From IMG/VR virus record IMGVR_UViG_3300034105_002625, positions 25,437 to 89,436 of that record: a stretch of 64,000 nucleotides of DNA. One strand, given 5' to 3'. Positions 8,956-16,530 of this stretch are shown piece by piece. This DNA comes from a virus (lineage: Duplodnaviria; Heunggongvirae; Uroviricota; Caudoviricetes). Each line of letters begins with the position of its first letter. Position 1 is the first letter of the stretch. A model generated the notes under the pieces. That model did not search any database. It worked only from the letters and a program-made list of their open reading frames with translations, and was not told the origin of the DNA. The position numbers and the translations under genes are program-made.

Positions 8956-9034
8956 GCTAAAGTGGTGAAATTGGTAAACACTCCCATCGAGAGATGGTGC
9001 GGATTTTGTAGGTTCGAGTCCTACCTTTAGTGTA
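8956..9034 (+). tRNA. tRNA-like gene, anticodon unresolved
   Basis: acceptor GCTAAAG/CTTTAGT; T-arm GTAGG-TTCGAGT-CCTAC; 79 nt. Confidence 0.3.
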
Positions 9035-9038
9035 TATG

Positions 9039-9110
9039 GTGTTTCTAGCTTAATCGGTAAAGTGCTTCACTGTGAATGAAGAGAACAGGGTTCGAAACCC
9101 GGAAACACAC
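9039..9110 (+). tRNA. tRNA-His (anticodon GTG) with extra 5' G(-1)
   Basis: anticodon stem CTTCA/TGAAG with loop CTGTGAA; 8-bp-type acceptor GTGTTTC/GAAACAC; T-loop TTCGAAA. Confidence 0.5.
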
Positions 9111-9204
9111 GACGACGCCCAAAGGACGATCGACCTGGCCAGAGACTAGTTCTTGCAAACTCAATGCCTAAAGTTGAGCGGCCAATCTATGGGATTGGCT
9201 TTAC

Positions 9205-9277
9205 ATCCCTGTGGTGAAACGGTAAACACAACGAGTTTAAGCCTCGTAAGCTGCAGGTTCGACTCCTGTCAGGGATA
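9205..9277 (+). tRNA. class-I tRNA with apparent anticodon TAA (Leu-type anticodon without long variable arm), A73
   Basis: perfect acceptor ATCCCTG/CAGGGAT; anticodon stem ACGAG/CTCGT with loop TTTAAGC; 3-nt variable region; T-arm GCAGG-TTCGACT-CCTGT; 73 nt. Confidence 0.4.
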
Positions 9278-9282
9278 CAAAT

Positions 9283-9355
9283 GGTCTTGTAGCATAAATG
9301 GAAATGCACTTGAATACGAATCAAGAGATTGTAGGCTCGAATCCTACCAGGACTT
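9283..9355 (+). tRNA. tRNA-Arg (anticodon ACG)
   Basis: acceptor GGTCTTG/CAGGACT; anticodon stem CTTGA/TCAAG with loop ATACGAA; T-arm GTAGG-CTCGAAT-CCTAC. Confidence 0.6.
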
Positions 9356-9360
9356 CAATT

Positions 9361-9432
9361 GCCCTATTAGTTAAACGGATATAACGAATCTCTTCTAAAG
9401 ATTAATTCTAGGTTCGATTCCTGGATGGGGTA
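9361..9432 (+). tRNA. tRNA-Arg (anticodon TCT)
   Basis: acceptor GCCCTAT/ATGGGGT; anticodon stem AATCT/AGATT with loop CTTCTAA; T-arm CTAGG-TTCGATT-CCTGG. Confidence 0.6.
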
Positions 9433-9495
9433 CAAAAAAATCGTATTGGAAGAAAGTTTGATCAACTTTCGTAGGTTAAGCGATATCCTACAAAT

Positions 9496-9566
9496 GCAGG
9501 TCACAGACAAGGTGTCGGTACGGTCTCCAAAACTGCTACGGGTAAGTTCGATTCTTACGGTCTGCG
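9496..9566 (+). tRNA. tRNA-Trp (anticodon CCA)
   Basis: acceptor GCAGGTC/GGTCTGC; anticodon stem CGGT/ACTG (+1 mismatch) with loop CTCCAAA; T-arm GTAAG-TTCGATT-CTTAC. Confidence 0.5.
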
Positions 9567-9598
9567 CAAAATAAATTGTTTCATTTAAAATTAAAATC

Positions 9599-10105
9599 AT
9601 GAGTAAGTACCAAAGAACACTGGTAATTGATTCAAGCTTTATGGCAAGATCTATTATCTCTACCGAAAGAGCTTTCGTGATTTCGTATAAGGGTAATGCA
9701 GAAGTTATAGCTGAACATCCAGAAACATTCGGATTAGTAAATCCGGATTTAAAAATTAATAAACCTTCAATCATTAGGGTTTACAAATACGTAAAACAAG
9801 ACATTCAAAAAGTTCCTCTAACAAGAGAGAACATTTATCGAAGAGATAATTACGAATGTGTTTATTGTGGATCAAGTTACTTGAAGTCACTAACACTTGA
9901 CCATGTCATCCCACAATCAAAAGGTGGAGCAAATGCTTGGGATAATTTAGTAACAGCATGTAGAACTTGCAATTCAGAAAAAGCAGATTTAACTCTTGAG
10001 GAATATGGTAAAGACATAGTAGAACCAAAAAGACCTCATTATCTAATGCTTATGAAACAGTTAACATACATTCCAAAAGAATGGGAAACATTTTTATTTT
10101 TCTAG
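9599..10105 (+). CDS. free-standing HNH homing endonuclease inserted in the tRNA array
   Basis: 168 aa; CVYCGSSY...LDHVIPQSKGGANAWDNLVTACRTCNSEK is an HNH/zinc-ribbon motif; located between tRNA-Trp and the second promoter of the array. Confidence 0.8.
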   Translation: MSKYQRTLVIDSSFMARSIISTERAFVISYKGNAEVIAEHPETFGLVNPDLKINKPSIIRVYKYVKQDIQKVPLTRENIYRRDNYECVYCGSSYLKSLTLDHVIPQSKGGANAWDNLVTACRTCNSEKADLTLEEYGKDIVEPKRPHYLMLMKQLTYIPKEWETFLFF

Positions 10106-10113
10106 TAAAAAAA

Positions 10114-10150
10114 GTTGCTAGAAAGAAATAAAGTTCGTATCTTTAAGTAT
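10114..10150 (+). promoter_or_regulatory. promoter (GTTGCTAG + TTCGTATCTTTAAGTAT box) for the second half of the tRNA array
   Basis: same bipartite motif as 7191-7227, immediately after HNH stop. Confidence 0.5.
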
Positions 10151-10227
10151 AAGAAAGAAACATCACCTACTACGTAACGCACGATCGACGACACGTACTG
10201 TCTGGCAGGTCAGGCTAGGTGATAAAT

Positions 10228-10297
10228 GGGCAGGGTGGTCTTGGAGGCCGGTGGCATTGCAACAGCTACAGACAGAGTTCGATTCTCTGCTTGCCCT
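10228..10297 (+). tRNA. tRNA-like gene, tentative anticodon GCA (Cys)
   Basis: acceptor GGGCAGG/CTTGCCC; T-arm CAGAG-TTCGATT-CTCTG; anticodon stem TGGC(A)/(A)GCTA with loop TTGCAAC. Confidence 0.35.
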
Positions 10298-10393
10298 CAT
10301 TGAAGGTTCGACCCTCTACCATCTTGTATTACACCTACAGATGGATATCGAGAGGGAGCTACCGATTGATAAGTGACCGCACATGCGGTAAAT

Positions 10394-10465
10394 GCCCGAG
10401 TGGTGGAACGGTAGACACGCTAGTCTTAGGAACTAGATACTGAGGGTTCGAATCCCTCCTTGGGT
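10394..10465 (+). tRNA. class-I tRNA with apparent anticodon TAG (Leu-type anticodon without long variable arm), A73
   Basis: acceptor GCCCGAG/CTTGGGT; anticodon stem CTAGT/ACTAG with loop CTTAGGA; 5-nt variable region; T-arm GAGGG-TTCGAAT-CCCTC; 72 nt. Confidence 0.4.
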
Positions 10466-10545
10466 ACGATAGTAGGACCGGGTTACCGGATATGGGTTCC
10501 TTAATTGGACAGAAGGACTGGAGTCCTAGTCGCCTACAAAATAAA

Positions 10546-10613
10546 ATTAGAGTTCGCTTATAGTAAAGCAGCAGGGGCTAACCTGCAGAAGGGATTCCAA
10601 CACCCACTCTAAT
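10546..10613 (+). tRNA. degenerate tRNA-like element / possible tRNA pseudogene
   Basis: perfect 7-bp acceptor ATTAGAG/CTCTAAT; D-stem GCTT/AAGC; anticodon-like hairpin GCAGG-GGCTAA-CCTGC with a 6-nt loop; weak T-arm GGG-ATTCCAACA-CCC. Confidence 0.25.
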
Positions 10614-10619
10614 TTACTT

Positions 10620-10693
10620 GCTCTCGACGCACAAATGGTGGTGCACCGGATTTGTAACCCGGAATAGAGCCAGTTCGATCCTGGCCGAGAGCT
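10620..10693 (+). tRNA. tRNA-Thr (anticodon TGT)
   Basis: perfect acceptor GCTCTCG/CGAGAGC; anticodon loop TTTGTAA on CCGG(A)/(C)CCGG stem; T-arm GCCAG-TTCGATC-CTGGC. Confidence 0.55.
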
Positions 10694-10701
10694 CAATAAA
10701 T

Positions 10702-10774
10702 GCGAATGTCGTATAACGGCTCATTACTCTTGACTTCCAATCAAGGAATGAGGGTTCGATTCCCTCCATTCGCT
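10702..10774 (+). tRNA. tRNA-Gly (anticodon TCC)
   Basis: perfect acceptor GCGAATG/CATTCGC; anticodon stem CTTGA/TCAAG with loop CTTCCAA; T-arm GAGGG-TTCGATT-CCCTC. Confidence 0.6.
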
Positions 10775-10780
10775 CAAAAT

Positions 10781-10852
10781 GGCCCTATCGTCTATCGGTT
10801 AGGACACATGGTTTTCATCCATGAAAGTCGGGTTCGACTCCCGGTGGGGCTA
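10781..10852 (+). tRNA. tRNA-Glu (anticodon TTC)
   Basis: acceptor GGCCCTA/TGGGGCT; anticodon stem CATGG/CCATG with loop TTTTCAT; T-arm TCGGG-TTCGACT-CCCGG. Confidence 0.6.
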
Positions 10853-10857
10853 CAATT

Positions 10858-10929
10858 GGGGCTATAGTATAACGGCTATTACAATGGTTTTGCAAATCAT
10901 AAATTGGAGTTCGATTCTCCATAGCTCCA
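10858..10929 (+). tRNA. tRNA-Ala (anticodon TGC) with G3:U70 identity pair
   Basis: acceptor GGGGCTA/TAGCTCC gives G3:U70; anticodon stem ATGGT/ATCAT with loop TTTGCAA; T-arm TGGAG-TTCGATT-CTCCA. Confidence 0.65.
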
Positions 10930-10934
10930 CAAAA

Positions 10935-11007
10935 GGTCTATTCGTTCAACGGCTAGGACACTACCCTGTCACGGTAGGGATGAGAGTTCGATTCTCTCAT
11001 AGACCGC
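10935..11007 (+). tRNA. tRNA-Asp (anticodon GTC)
   Basis: perfect acceptor GGTCTAT/ATAGACC; anticodon stem CTACC/GGTAG with loop CTGTCAC; T-arm GAGAG-TTCGATT-CTCTC. Confidence 0.65.
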
Positions 11008-11012
11008 TATAT

Positions 11013-11086
11013 CGCGAGTTGGTAGAAGATGGTATCTCGCTAGGCTCATAACCTAGAGGTCGGGGGTTCGAATCCCTCACTCGCTA
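11013..11086 (+). tRNA. tRNA-Met (anticodon CAT)
   Basis: anticodon stem CTAGG/CCTAG with loop CTCATAA; T-arm GGGGG-TTCGAAT-CCCTC; acceptor CGCGAGT/ACTCGCT with one terminal mismatch. Confidence 0.5.
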
Positions 11087-11091
11087 CTAAT

Positions 11092-11166
11092 GTCCTTTTA
11101 GCTCAGCCCGGTTAGAGCAGCTCGCTCATAACGAGAAGGTCACAGGTTCGAATCCTGTATAGGACA
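11092..11166 (+). tRNA. second CAT-anticodon tRNA (elongator Met, or Ile2 after lysidine modification)
   Basis: acceptor GTCCTTT/ATAGGAC; D-arm GCTCAGCCCGGTTAGAGC; anticodon loop CTCATAA on CTCG/CGAG stem; T-arm ACAGG-TTCGAAT-CCTGT. Confidence 0.5.
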
Positions 11167-11196
11167 CAAAAATTTTATCCAATAAAAATAAAAGTT

Positions 11197-11637
11197 ATGA
11201 GAAGAGAGCCTGATTTTAAAGACTTAAATTACCAATTGGGAATGTATGTTGGAGAACATATTACGTTTAAATATCTTCCAGTACTATCTACAGATGCACT
11301 AAGAACAAATACAATAGTACCAGTATCTGAAGAAGATGCTGAAAGACATAGAATTGTAGATGATACGCTATACAGTTGCAAAACAGACAGGCAAAAAAAG
11401 TTCGCAGTCTATAAAGCTCTAAACAATGAACTTGCTAGAAAATATCTCTCAGAAAAATTAGATTGCATAGTACCTAAAGTCTATCCAACAGATATGGATA
11501 AATTTAAAGAAGGACTAATGGATCAGTTATGGGATACAGATTTATCTCATTATCTTCCAGAAGATGACTTCTATCAAGTGGGACATGAAATGGGTTGGGC
11601 AGATCATATTATACTTACTTTAAAAATAAATGATTAA
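11197..11637 (+). CDS. hypothetical protein
   Basis: 146 aa ORF directly downstream of the tRNA array. Confidence 0.35.
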   Translation: MRREPDFKDLNYQLGMYVGEHITFKYLPVLSTDALRTNTIVPVSEEDAERHRIVDDTLYSCKTDRQKKFAVYKALNNELARKYLSEKLDCIVPKVYPTDMDKFKEGLMDQLWDTDLSHYLPEDDFYQVGHEMGWADHIILTLKIND

Positions 11638-11660
11638 AAGTTTGGATATTAAAAATATTG

Positions 11661-11677
11661 TTCGTATATTAAATAAA
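11661..11677 (+). promoter_or_regulatory. promoter box variant TTCGTATATTAAATAAA
   Basis: conserved TTCGTATATT core 18 nt upstream of ATG 11695. Confidence 0.4.
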
Positions 11678-11694
11678 AATAAAAGATCATAGTT

Positions 11695-12606
11695 ATGAAA
11701 AATTCATTAGCAGCAAAAGGGTTATCAATGTCACAAGCACAATCAATCTCAAACTTGTGCAATCAACGTTCAAAAGATATTACAGCACAATTGGCTGATA
11801 TCAATAACGTTTCAAAAGAATTAGTAATAGGTTCAGATACCTATACTGAGGTTAAAGGAAATCCAATTCCAGCAAACGTAGTTGAATTATTAACTGCTAA
11901 AGCAAGATTATCTGCCACTCAAGCATTCTTGATGGAGAACATCAAGGCTAAGGACGAATTGATTAACAAAATCAAATACGAAGGATTTCAGTACTCAGTA
12001 GAGGCTCCAGTTCGTCCACAAACAATCTCAGAAAACATTCCAACAGAAGTGGATGAGGATTTTGGTTGGGATACTTTAACAACAGCCGAATACAATGAAT
12101 TTATAGAGGCAGAGGCTTATGCTTCACATATTGGACAATTTATCCACAAAGGAGGTAAATTGGATCGATTGAGAGCAGAACTTCCTACCATTAAAACTTT
12201 AGAGTTTATGGAAATTGAAGTAGGAAAGAAAACTCCACTTAAAATAACTATTCATCATACTGCAGCACAATTGCTTACAATCCATGAGGAGTTAGCAGCA
12301 TTACACAGAGGGTATGAGCAAAAAGTGAATTACTTCAAATCTAAGATTAAAAATGCTACTACTTCTGAGAATGCTAAAATTCAGAAAGAGAGAGGAGAAA
12401 TTCAAGCAAGAGTTAACCAACAAAACTCAGACCTAGCAAATGCTTATAAATTAGCATATGAGCAATGGACTGCAGAGCAACGTAAAGCTCAACACGAGTT
12501 TGAAGAAAAACGTCAAGCAAAAATTCAAGATGCTGTCAATTTAAAAATTGAAGTAGCAGAAAGATTTCAATCTGTAGTAGATGAATTTTTAAATCAATTA
12601 AAATAA
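11695..12606 (+). CDS. hypothetical protein (303 aa)
   Basis: long ORF, K/E-rich C-terminal coiled-coil-like region. Confidence 0.4.
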   Translation: MKNSLAAKGLSMSQAQSISNLCNQRSKDITAQLADINNVSKELVIGSDTYTEVKGNPIPANVVELLTAKARLSATQAFLMENIKAKDELINKIKYEGFQYSVEAPVRPQTISENIPTEVDEDFGWDTLTTAEYNEFIEAEAYASHIGQFIHKGGKLDRLRAELPTIKTLEFMEIEVGKKTPLKITIHHTAAQLLTIHEELAALHRGYEQKVNYFKSKIKNATTSENAKIQKERGEIQARVNQQNSDLANAYKLAYEQWTAEQRKAQHEFEEKRQAKIQDAVNLKIEVAERFQSVVDEFLNQLK

Positions 12607-12945
12607 TTTGGTGCTAAGAAGGTAAGCACAAGCTGATCCTTCAGAGCTTTATGCTGGGATAGTAGGGTTTTAAATATAAACTATATGATATATTCAATAT
12701 TCAACTACAGACATAAACACCTCCGGGTGTTTGTAAACTCGCTTCCCTACAAACTTAAACCAAAACTGAGATAGAACTCAACAGCTAGACAGGTTACATC
12801 CCGTAAAGGGTGATTGGCTAGCGACTCTAGACTTAGTTTTTGTCCTTGCCCTTGTGGTAGTGGAAGGTTTTTGACTTTGATTTTGCATTTGACATCGTCT
12901 ATATGCTTTACATCCCAGCAACATTTTTTAAAAATAATTAACAAA

Positions 12946-12968
12946 AAGCTTGCTTACGCAGGCTTTTA
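12946..12968 (+). terminator. rho-independent terminator hairpin + T-run
   Basis: AGCTTGC-TTAC-GCAGGGCT hairpin followed by TTTT; overlaps the -33 region of the next promoter. Confidence 0.45.
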
Positions 12969-12985
12969 TTCGTATATTTAGGTAT
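12968..12985 (+). promoter_or_regulatory. promoter box ATTCGTATATTTAGGTAT
   Basis: near-identical copy of the conserved box, 14 nt upstream of ATG 12999. Confidence 0.5.
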
Positions 12986-12998
12986 AAGAAAAAGAGAT

Positions 12999-13649
12999 AT
13001 GAAAATTACATTAGAAAAAGATCAAAGAATCTTCTTTACATCAGACACACATTACGCTCACTCAAACATCTGTAGTGCTACTACAAACTGGACTGAGTCT
13101 TCGAACTTGACAAGAGAATTCAATTCACTTGATCATATGAACCAAGTACTTGTTGATAACATCAACAACATGGTTGGTGAAGATGATATCTTAATTCATT
13201 TAGGAGATTTTAGCTTTGGAGGATTTGATAAGATACAAGAATTCAGAAGTAGAATCCTTTGTAAAAACATTCACTTGGTACTTGGAAATCATGATCACCA
13301 CATTGAAAGAAACAAAGAAGGAGTTCAAAAACTATTCTCTTCAGTACAAAACTACTTGAGATTAGAAGTAAGAAAGCCAATTAATAAGGCATTAACAGAC
13401 AAGCATATTTTCGTTTGTATGCACTATCCAATTGCGTCATGGCATGATATGAACCAAGGAGTAATTCACTTGCATGGCCACGTGCATTTACCTTCACACC
13501 TACGAATAGCAGAGGGTAAAGCAATGGATGTTGGAGTAGATGGAAATGGTTTAGAGCCTTTATCACTAGGAGAGATCCTTATGATTATGAAAGACCAACC
13601 AATTAGAAAATTAGAGTTACCAAAGGATCATCACGAAAAAAGAATCTAA
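12999..13649 (+). CDS. calcineurin-like metallophosphoesterase (putative RNA-end-healing 2',3'-cyclic/3'-phosphatase)
   Basis: 216 aa; GDFSFGG and GNHDHH motifs of the metallophosphatase superfamily; adjacent to P-loop kinase and RNA ligase. Confidence 0.65.
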   Translation: MKITLEKDQRIFFTSDTHYAHSNICSATTNWTESSNLTREFNSLDHMNQVLVDNINNMVGEDDILIHLGDFSFGGFDKIQEFRSRILCKNIHLVLGNHDHHIERNKEGVQKLFSSVQNYLRLEVRKPINKALTDKHIFVCMHYPIASWHDMNQGVIHLHGHVHLPSHLRIAEGKAMDVGVDGNGLEPLSLGEILMIMKDQPIRKLELPKDHHEKRI

Positions 13650-13650
13650 T

Positions 13651-14037
13651 ATGAAAGAGTTATTTTTATTAAGAGGATTACCTGGATCAGGTAAATCAAC
13701 ATTTGCAAAGGCATTAACAGGTGTTTATACTATAGAAGCAGATAAGTACTTTATGGATGGAGATGAATATAAATTTGATCCGTCTAAACTAAAAGATGCA
13801 CATGCTTGGTGTCAAAATACTACACGGGTTTGGATGACAACTGGTGTAAAAAGAATCACAATAGCAAACACATTTACTCAGGAATGGGAAATGCAACCAT
13901 ACTACGATTTAGCTAAAGAGTACGGATACAGAGTTTACTCTTTGATTGTAGAAAATAGACATGAAGGGGTAAATGAACATGGAGTACCAGAAGAAAAATT
14001 AGTACAAATGAAAAATAGATTCGAGATCAAGCTATGA
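13651..14037 (+). CDS. P-loop polynucleotide-kinase-like protein
   Basis: 128 aa; Walker A GLPGSGKST at residues 9-17; size and context match AAA_33 / Pnk kinase domains. Confidence 0.55.
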   Translation: MKELFLLRGLPGSGKSTFAKALTGVYTIEADKYFMDGDEYKFDPSKLKDAHAWCQNTTRVWMTTGVKRITIANTFTQEWEMQPYYDLAKEYGYRVYSLIVENRHEGVNEHGVPEEKLVQMKNRFEIKL

Positions 14038-14252
14038 GAGTAGTAGAAGAGTTTGATGTTCAAGGAAGAGTTATTAAACAAAAAATAGCAGGCCCTTACT
14101 ATGATTCTATTTGGACTTACGAGTATCAAGGAGATACAGTCATTGAAAAAAGAAGTGATGCTGTTTGGACTAAAATTATAAATCATAAGGATAAGACATC
14201 TAAATTAGTTTATCCTGATAAAAAAGAATACAATATAACTTATAATACATAA
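14034..14252 (+). CDS. hypothetical protein
   Basis: 72 aa ORF, start overlaps upstream stop (ATGA). Confidence 0.3.
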   Translation: MRVVEEFDVQGRVIKQKIAGPYYDSIWTYEYQGDTVIEKRSDAVWTKIINHKDKTSKLVYPDKKEYNITYNT

Positions 14253-14255
14253 GAA

Positions 14256-15398
14256 ATGGAAAATAATAACAGTGTTTGCTTTATAGCAAAAATAAATGAA
14301 GTAAGAGCAATTGAAGGAGCAGATAACATCGAACTTGTAATCGCAGGTGGGTGGAATGCTATTACTAAAAAAGGTGAATTTAAAGTAGGTGATGAAACAA
14401 TCATTGCAACTACTGATGCAGTTATACCAGAATCTCTTTCTGAGGAAATGGGAGTTGCTTCTTACCTAAGAAAAGGAGGTAGAGTAAGAACTGTTAAACT
14501 AAGAGGAGTTTATTCTGAATGTTTAATCATTCCAATGACTTACCTTAGGGGTAAAGCCACAATGGGGGATTGGGATTTAAAAGAAGGAAGTGACTGCATG
14601 GAACTATTAGGTATCACCAAATACGAACCACCAGTTAAACAAATTCAACTTGCTTCAGGTAGAAAAATCAAATGGAGAGACAATCAAAACTTCCATATCT
14701 ATTACAAATTCCCAAACCTTAAAAACGTTGATGGAATGTTTACAGAAGAAGATACAGTAGAGATTTCTCGTAAAATTCATGGTACAAATGCTAGATACGG
14801 TATTGTAAAAAAGACTAAATTGTCATTCTGGGATAAAGTAAAAAAATTCTTTAGATTAGCTGATAAGTGGATTAACTACGAATACATTTACGGTTCACAT
14901 AACTGTGAGAAAGGATCTGACTCTCAAGGATTTTATTCTGAAGATGTTTGGAAAACAATTGCTGAGAAGTATGATATTAAAGCTAAGCTTTGGAAATATG
15001 TTAAAGATACAGCTAATATTGTAGACATTGGAAGTGGTATAGTACTCTATGGAGAAATTTATGGAGCAGGTATTCAAAAGAACTATGACTATGGATTGGA
15101 TGATATTAAATTTATAGGATTTGATACAACTATGAAAGGTGACTATAATTCACCAGCGGGTACTTACGGTGCATTTCATTCACTAGACTTACCTTATATT
15201 GAAGTACTTTATTTTGGACTTTGGAATCAAGAAGTACAGGATAAGTTTGTATTTAACAACTTCATTGAAGGAACAAAAGTACCACATGAAGGAATTGTAA
15301 TCAAACACAGTTCAGGAGATAGAAAAAAAGTAGCAAAGGTAATCAATCCAGACTATTTGATCTACGGAGAGAAGAATGATGTAGGAGATTCACATTAA
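14256..15398 (+). CDS. ATP-dependent RNA ligase (Rnl2/Rnl5-like) with N-terminal OB-fold tRNA-binding-like domain
   Basis: 380 aa; nucleotidyltransferase motif I KIHGTN (lysine-adenylate site, as in T4 Rnl2); first ~100 aa resemble the Myf/Trbp111 tRNA-binding OB fold (…GADNIELVIAGGWNAI…LRGVYSECLIIP). Confidence 0.65.
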   Translation: MENNNSVCFIAKINEVRAIEGADNIELVIAGGWNAITKKGEFKVGDETIIATTDAVIPESLSEEMGVASYLRKGGRVRTVKLRGVYSECLIIPMTYLRGKATMGDWDLKEGSDCMELLGITKYEPPVKQIQLASGRKIKWRDNQNFHIYYKFPNLKNVDGMFTEEDTVEISRKIHGTNARYGIVKKTKLSFWDKVKKFFRLADKWINYEYIYGSHNCEKGSDSQGFYSEDVWKTIAEKYDIKAKLWKYVKDTANIVDIGSGIVLYGEIYGAGIQKNYDYGLDDIKFIGFDTTMKGDYNSPAGTYGAFHSLDLPYIEVLYFGLWNQEVQDKFVFNNFIEGTKVPHEGIVIKHSSGDRKKVAKVINPDYLIYGEKNDVGDSH

Positions 15399-15410
15399 AA
15401 TAATTGTTAA

Positions 15411-15436
15411 AAGGCTTGTTTATATGAGCCTTTTTT
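15411..15436 (+). terminator. rho-independent terminator
   Basis: GGCTT-GTTTATAT-GAGCC hairpin + TTTTTT right after RNA ligase stop. Confidence 0.5.
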
Positions 15437-15444
15437 CTTATCTT

Positions 15445-15461
15445 TAAGTATTAAAATAAAG
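15445..15461 (+). promoter_or_regulatory. promoter box variant TTCTTATCTTTAAGTAT
   Basis: conserved box variant upstream of a 57-aa ORF (ATG ~15464). Confidence 0.4.
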
Positions 15462-15621
15462 GTTATGAGAGGAAGAAGAGTTTATTGTGAAGATATATCT
15501 CCGGTTCTAAAATCAATTAGAACGTCTAAGAAACACGGAAAGACAGTAGAAATCAACGGTCTACAGTACGAACATATAGGAGATGATATGTTGTATTGTT
15601 TAAAGACTTCAACCATTAAAA

Positions 15622-15659
15622 AGTTGGAGAATTAGAATAAAGTTCGTATATTTAGGTAT
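15622..15659 (+). promoter_or_regulatory. promoter (AAGTTGGAGAA + TTCGTATATTTAGGTAT)
   Basis: perfect core box at 15643-15659. Confidence 0.5.
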
Positions 15660-15912
15660 TAGAAATTTAAAACAAAAAAGGTTATGGAAATAGTTTGGCA
15701 TTGGAATTTTTTAGAAACACTAGGAGCTATAGTTTTGGTAATTATTGCTGCATGGGTAATACTACCCATAGTGGGTGTAATTTTCGTAAATGGAAAATTT
15801 AAAGGTTGGTGGTAAAATTTAAAAAGAAATAAGATGAAACAAGTAAAAACATTTGCAATCACATTTGTAGCAGCATTAGTATTAATGATCGTAGTAGTAA
15901 ATTTAAGATAAC

Positions 15913-16530
15913 ATGGAAGACTTTTTCGAAGATTTAAAAAACAGACCAAGACCAAACTTATTCAGAAGAATATACCTTTGGTGGGCACATGATGGAAAGT
16001 ATTATCACAAATACTTCAAACAAGGAGTAAAGAATCTATGGTACTGGTTTCCAATCATCTGGAAGGATAGAGATTGGGATGGTCATTACATCTTTGAGAT
16101 ACTACAGCACAAATTGGAAGCACAAGCCAATTACATTGGAAGAAGAGATCTTCACACAAGAGCACAGCTTGATGCTAAAAGAATGAGACTTTGCATCTCT
16201 TTAATTAAGAAAGTGCAAGAGGAAGACTACACAATGGAGTATATGGACTACCATAAGGACAGAGTTTGGTTTACAGATGTTGAAGACAGACCAGGAAATT
16301 CTCTATATAATTCAGAAGAAGTATGGGAAAAGTATGATGAATATTTTGCTAAATATCCTTTAGTTTATAAAAGAGTAATGAAAGGAGATGGAGTATTTAC
16401 TTTAGATGGTAGAAATGAATCTGATATAAAAAGAGTCATTGCAATGAATATTGCTCACCTTAATCACGACAGAGCAAGAAAATTGTTATTTAAAATAATG
16501 GAAGAGAACATCGAGGGTTGGTGGGACTAA
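15913..16530 (+). CDS. hypothetical protein (205 aa)
   Basis: ORF with good coding appearance; no recognised motif. Confidence 0.35.
   Translation: MEDFFEDLKNRPRPNLFRRIYLWWAHDGKYYHKYFKQGVKNLWYWFPIIWKDRDWDGHYIFEILQHKLEAQANYIGRRDLHTRAQLDAKRMRLCISLIKKVQEEDYTMEYMDYHKDRVWFTDVEDRPGNSLYNSEEVWEKYDEYFAKYPLVYKRVMKGDGVFTLDGRNESDIKRVIAMNIAHLNHDRARKLLFKIMEENIEGWWD

Noticed and set aside
10546-10613. Amber-suppressor tRNA (CTA anticodon seen in GGCTAAC loop)
   Set aside because: The anticodon stem closes a 6-nt loop, position 33 would be G rather than U, and the T-arm is degenerate. It is more likely a tRNA pseudogene or tRNA-like remnant.
8104-11051. ORF-track entries inside the tRNA array (8104-8355 -, 8313-8507 -, 8684-8866 +, 9153-9374 +, 9367-9774 -, 10219-10443 +, 10821-11051 +)
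   Set aside because: They overlap well-folded tRNA genes, lack RBS/promoter context, and several are on the otherwise unused minus strand. These are most likely spurious translations of structured RNA sequence.
12747-12944. 65-aa minus-strand ORF in the 12.6-13.0 kb gap
   Set aside because: Only candidate gene on the minus strand in the entire window; no promoter box or RBS; region better explained as a structured RNA plus terminator.
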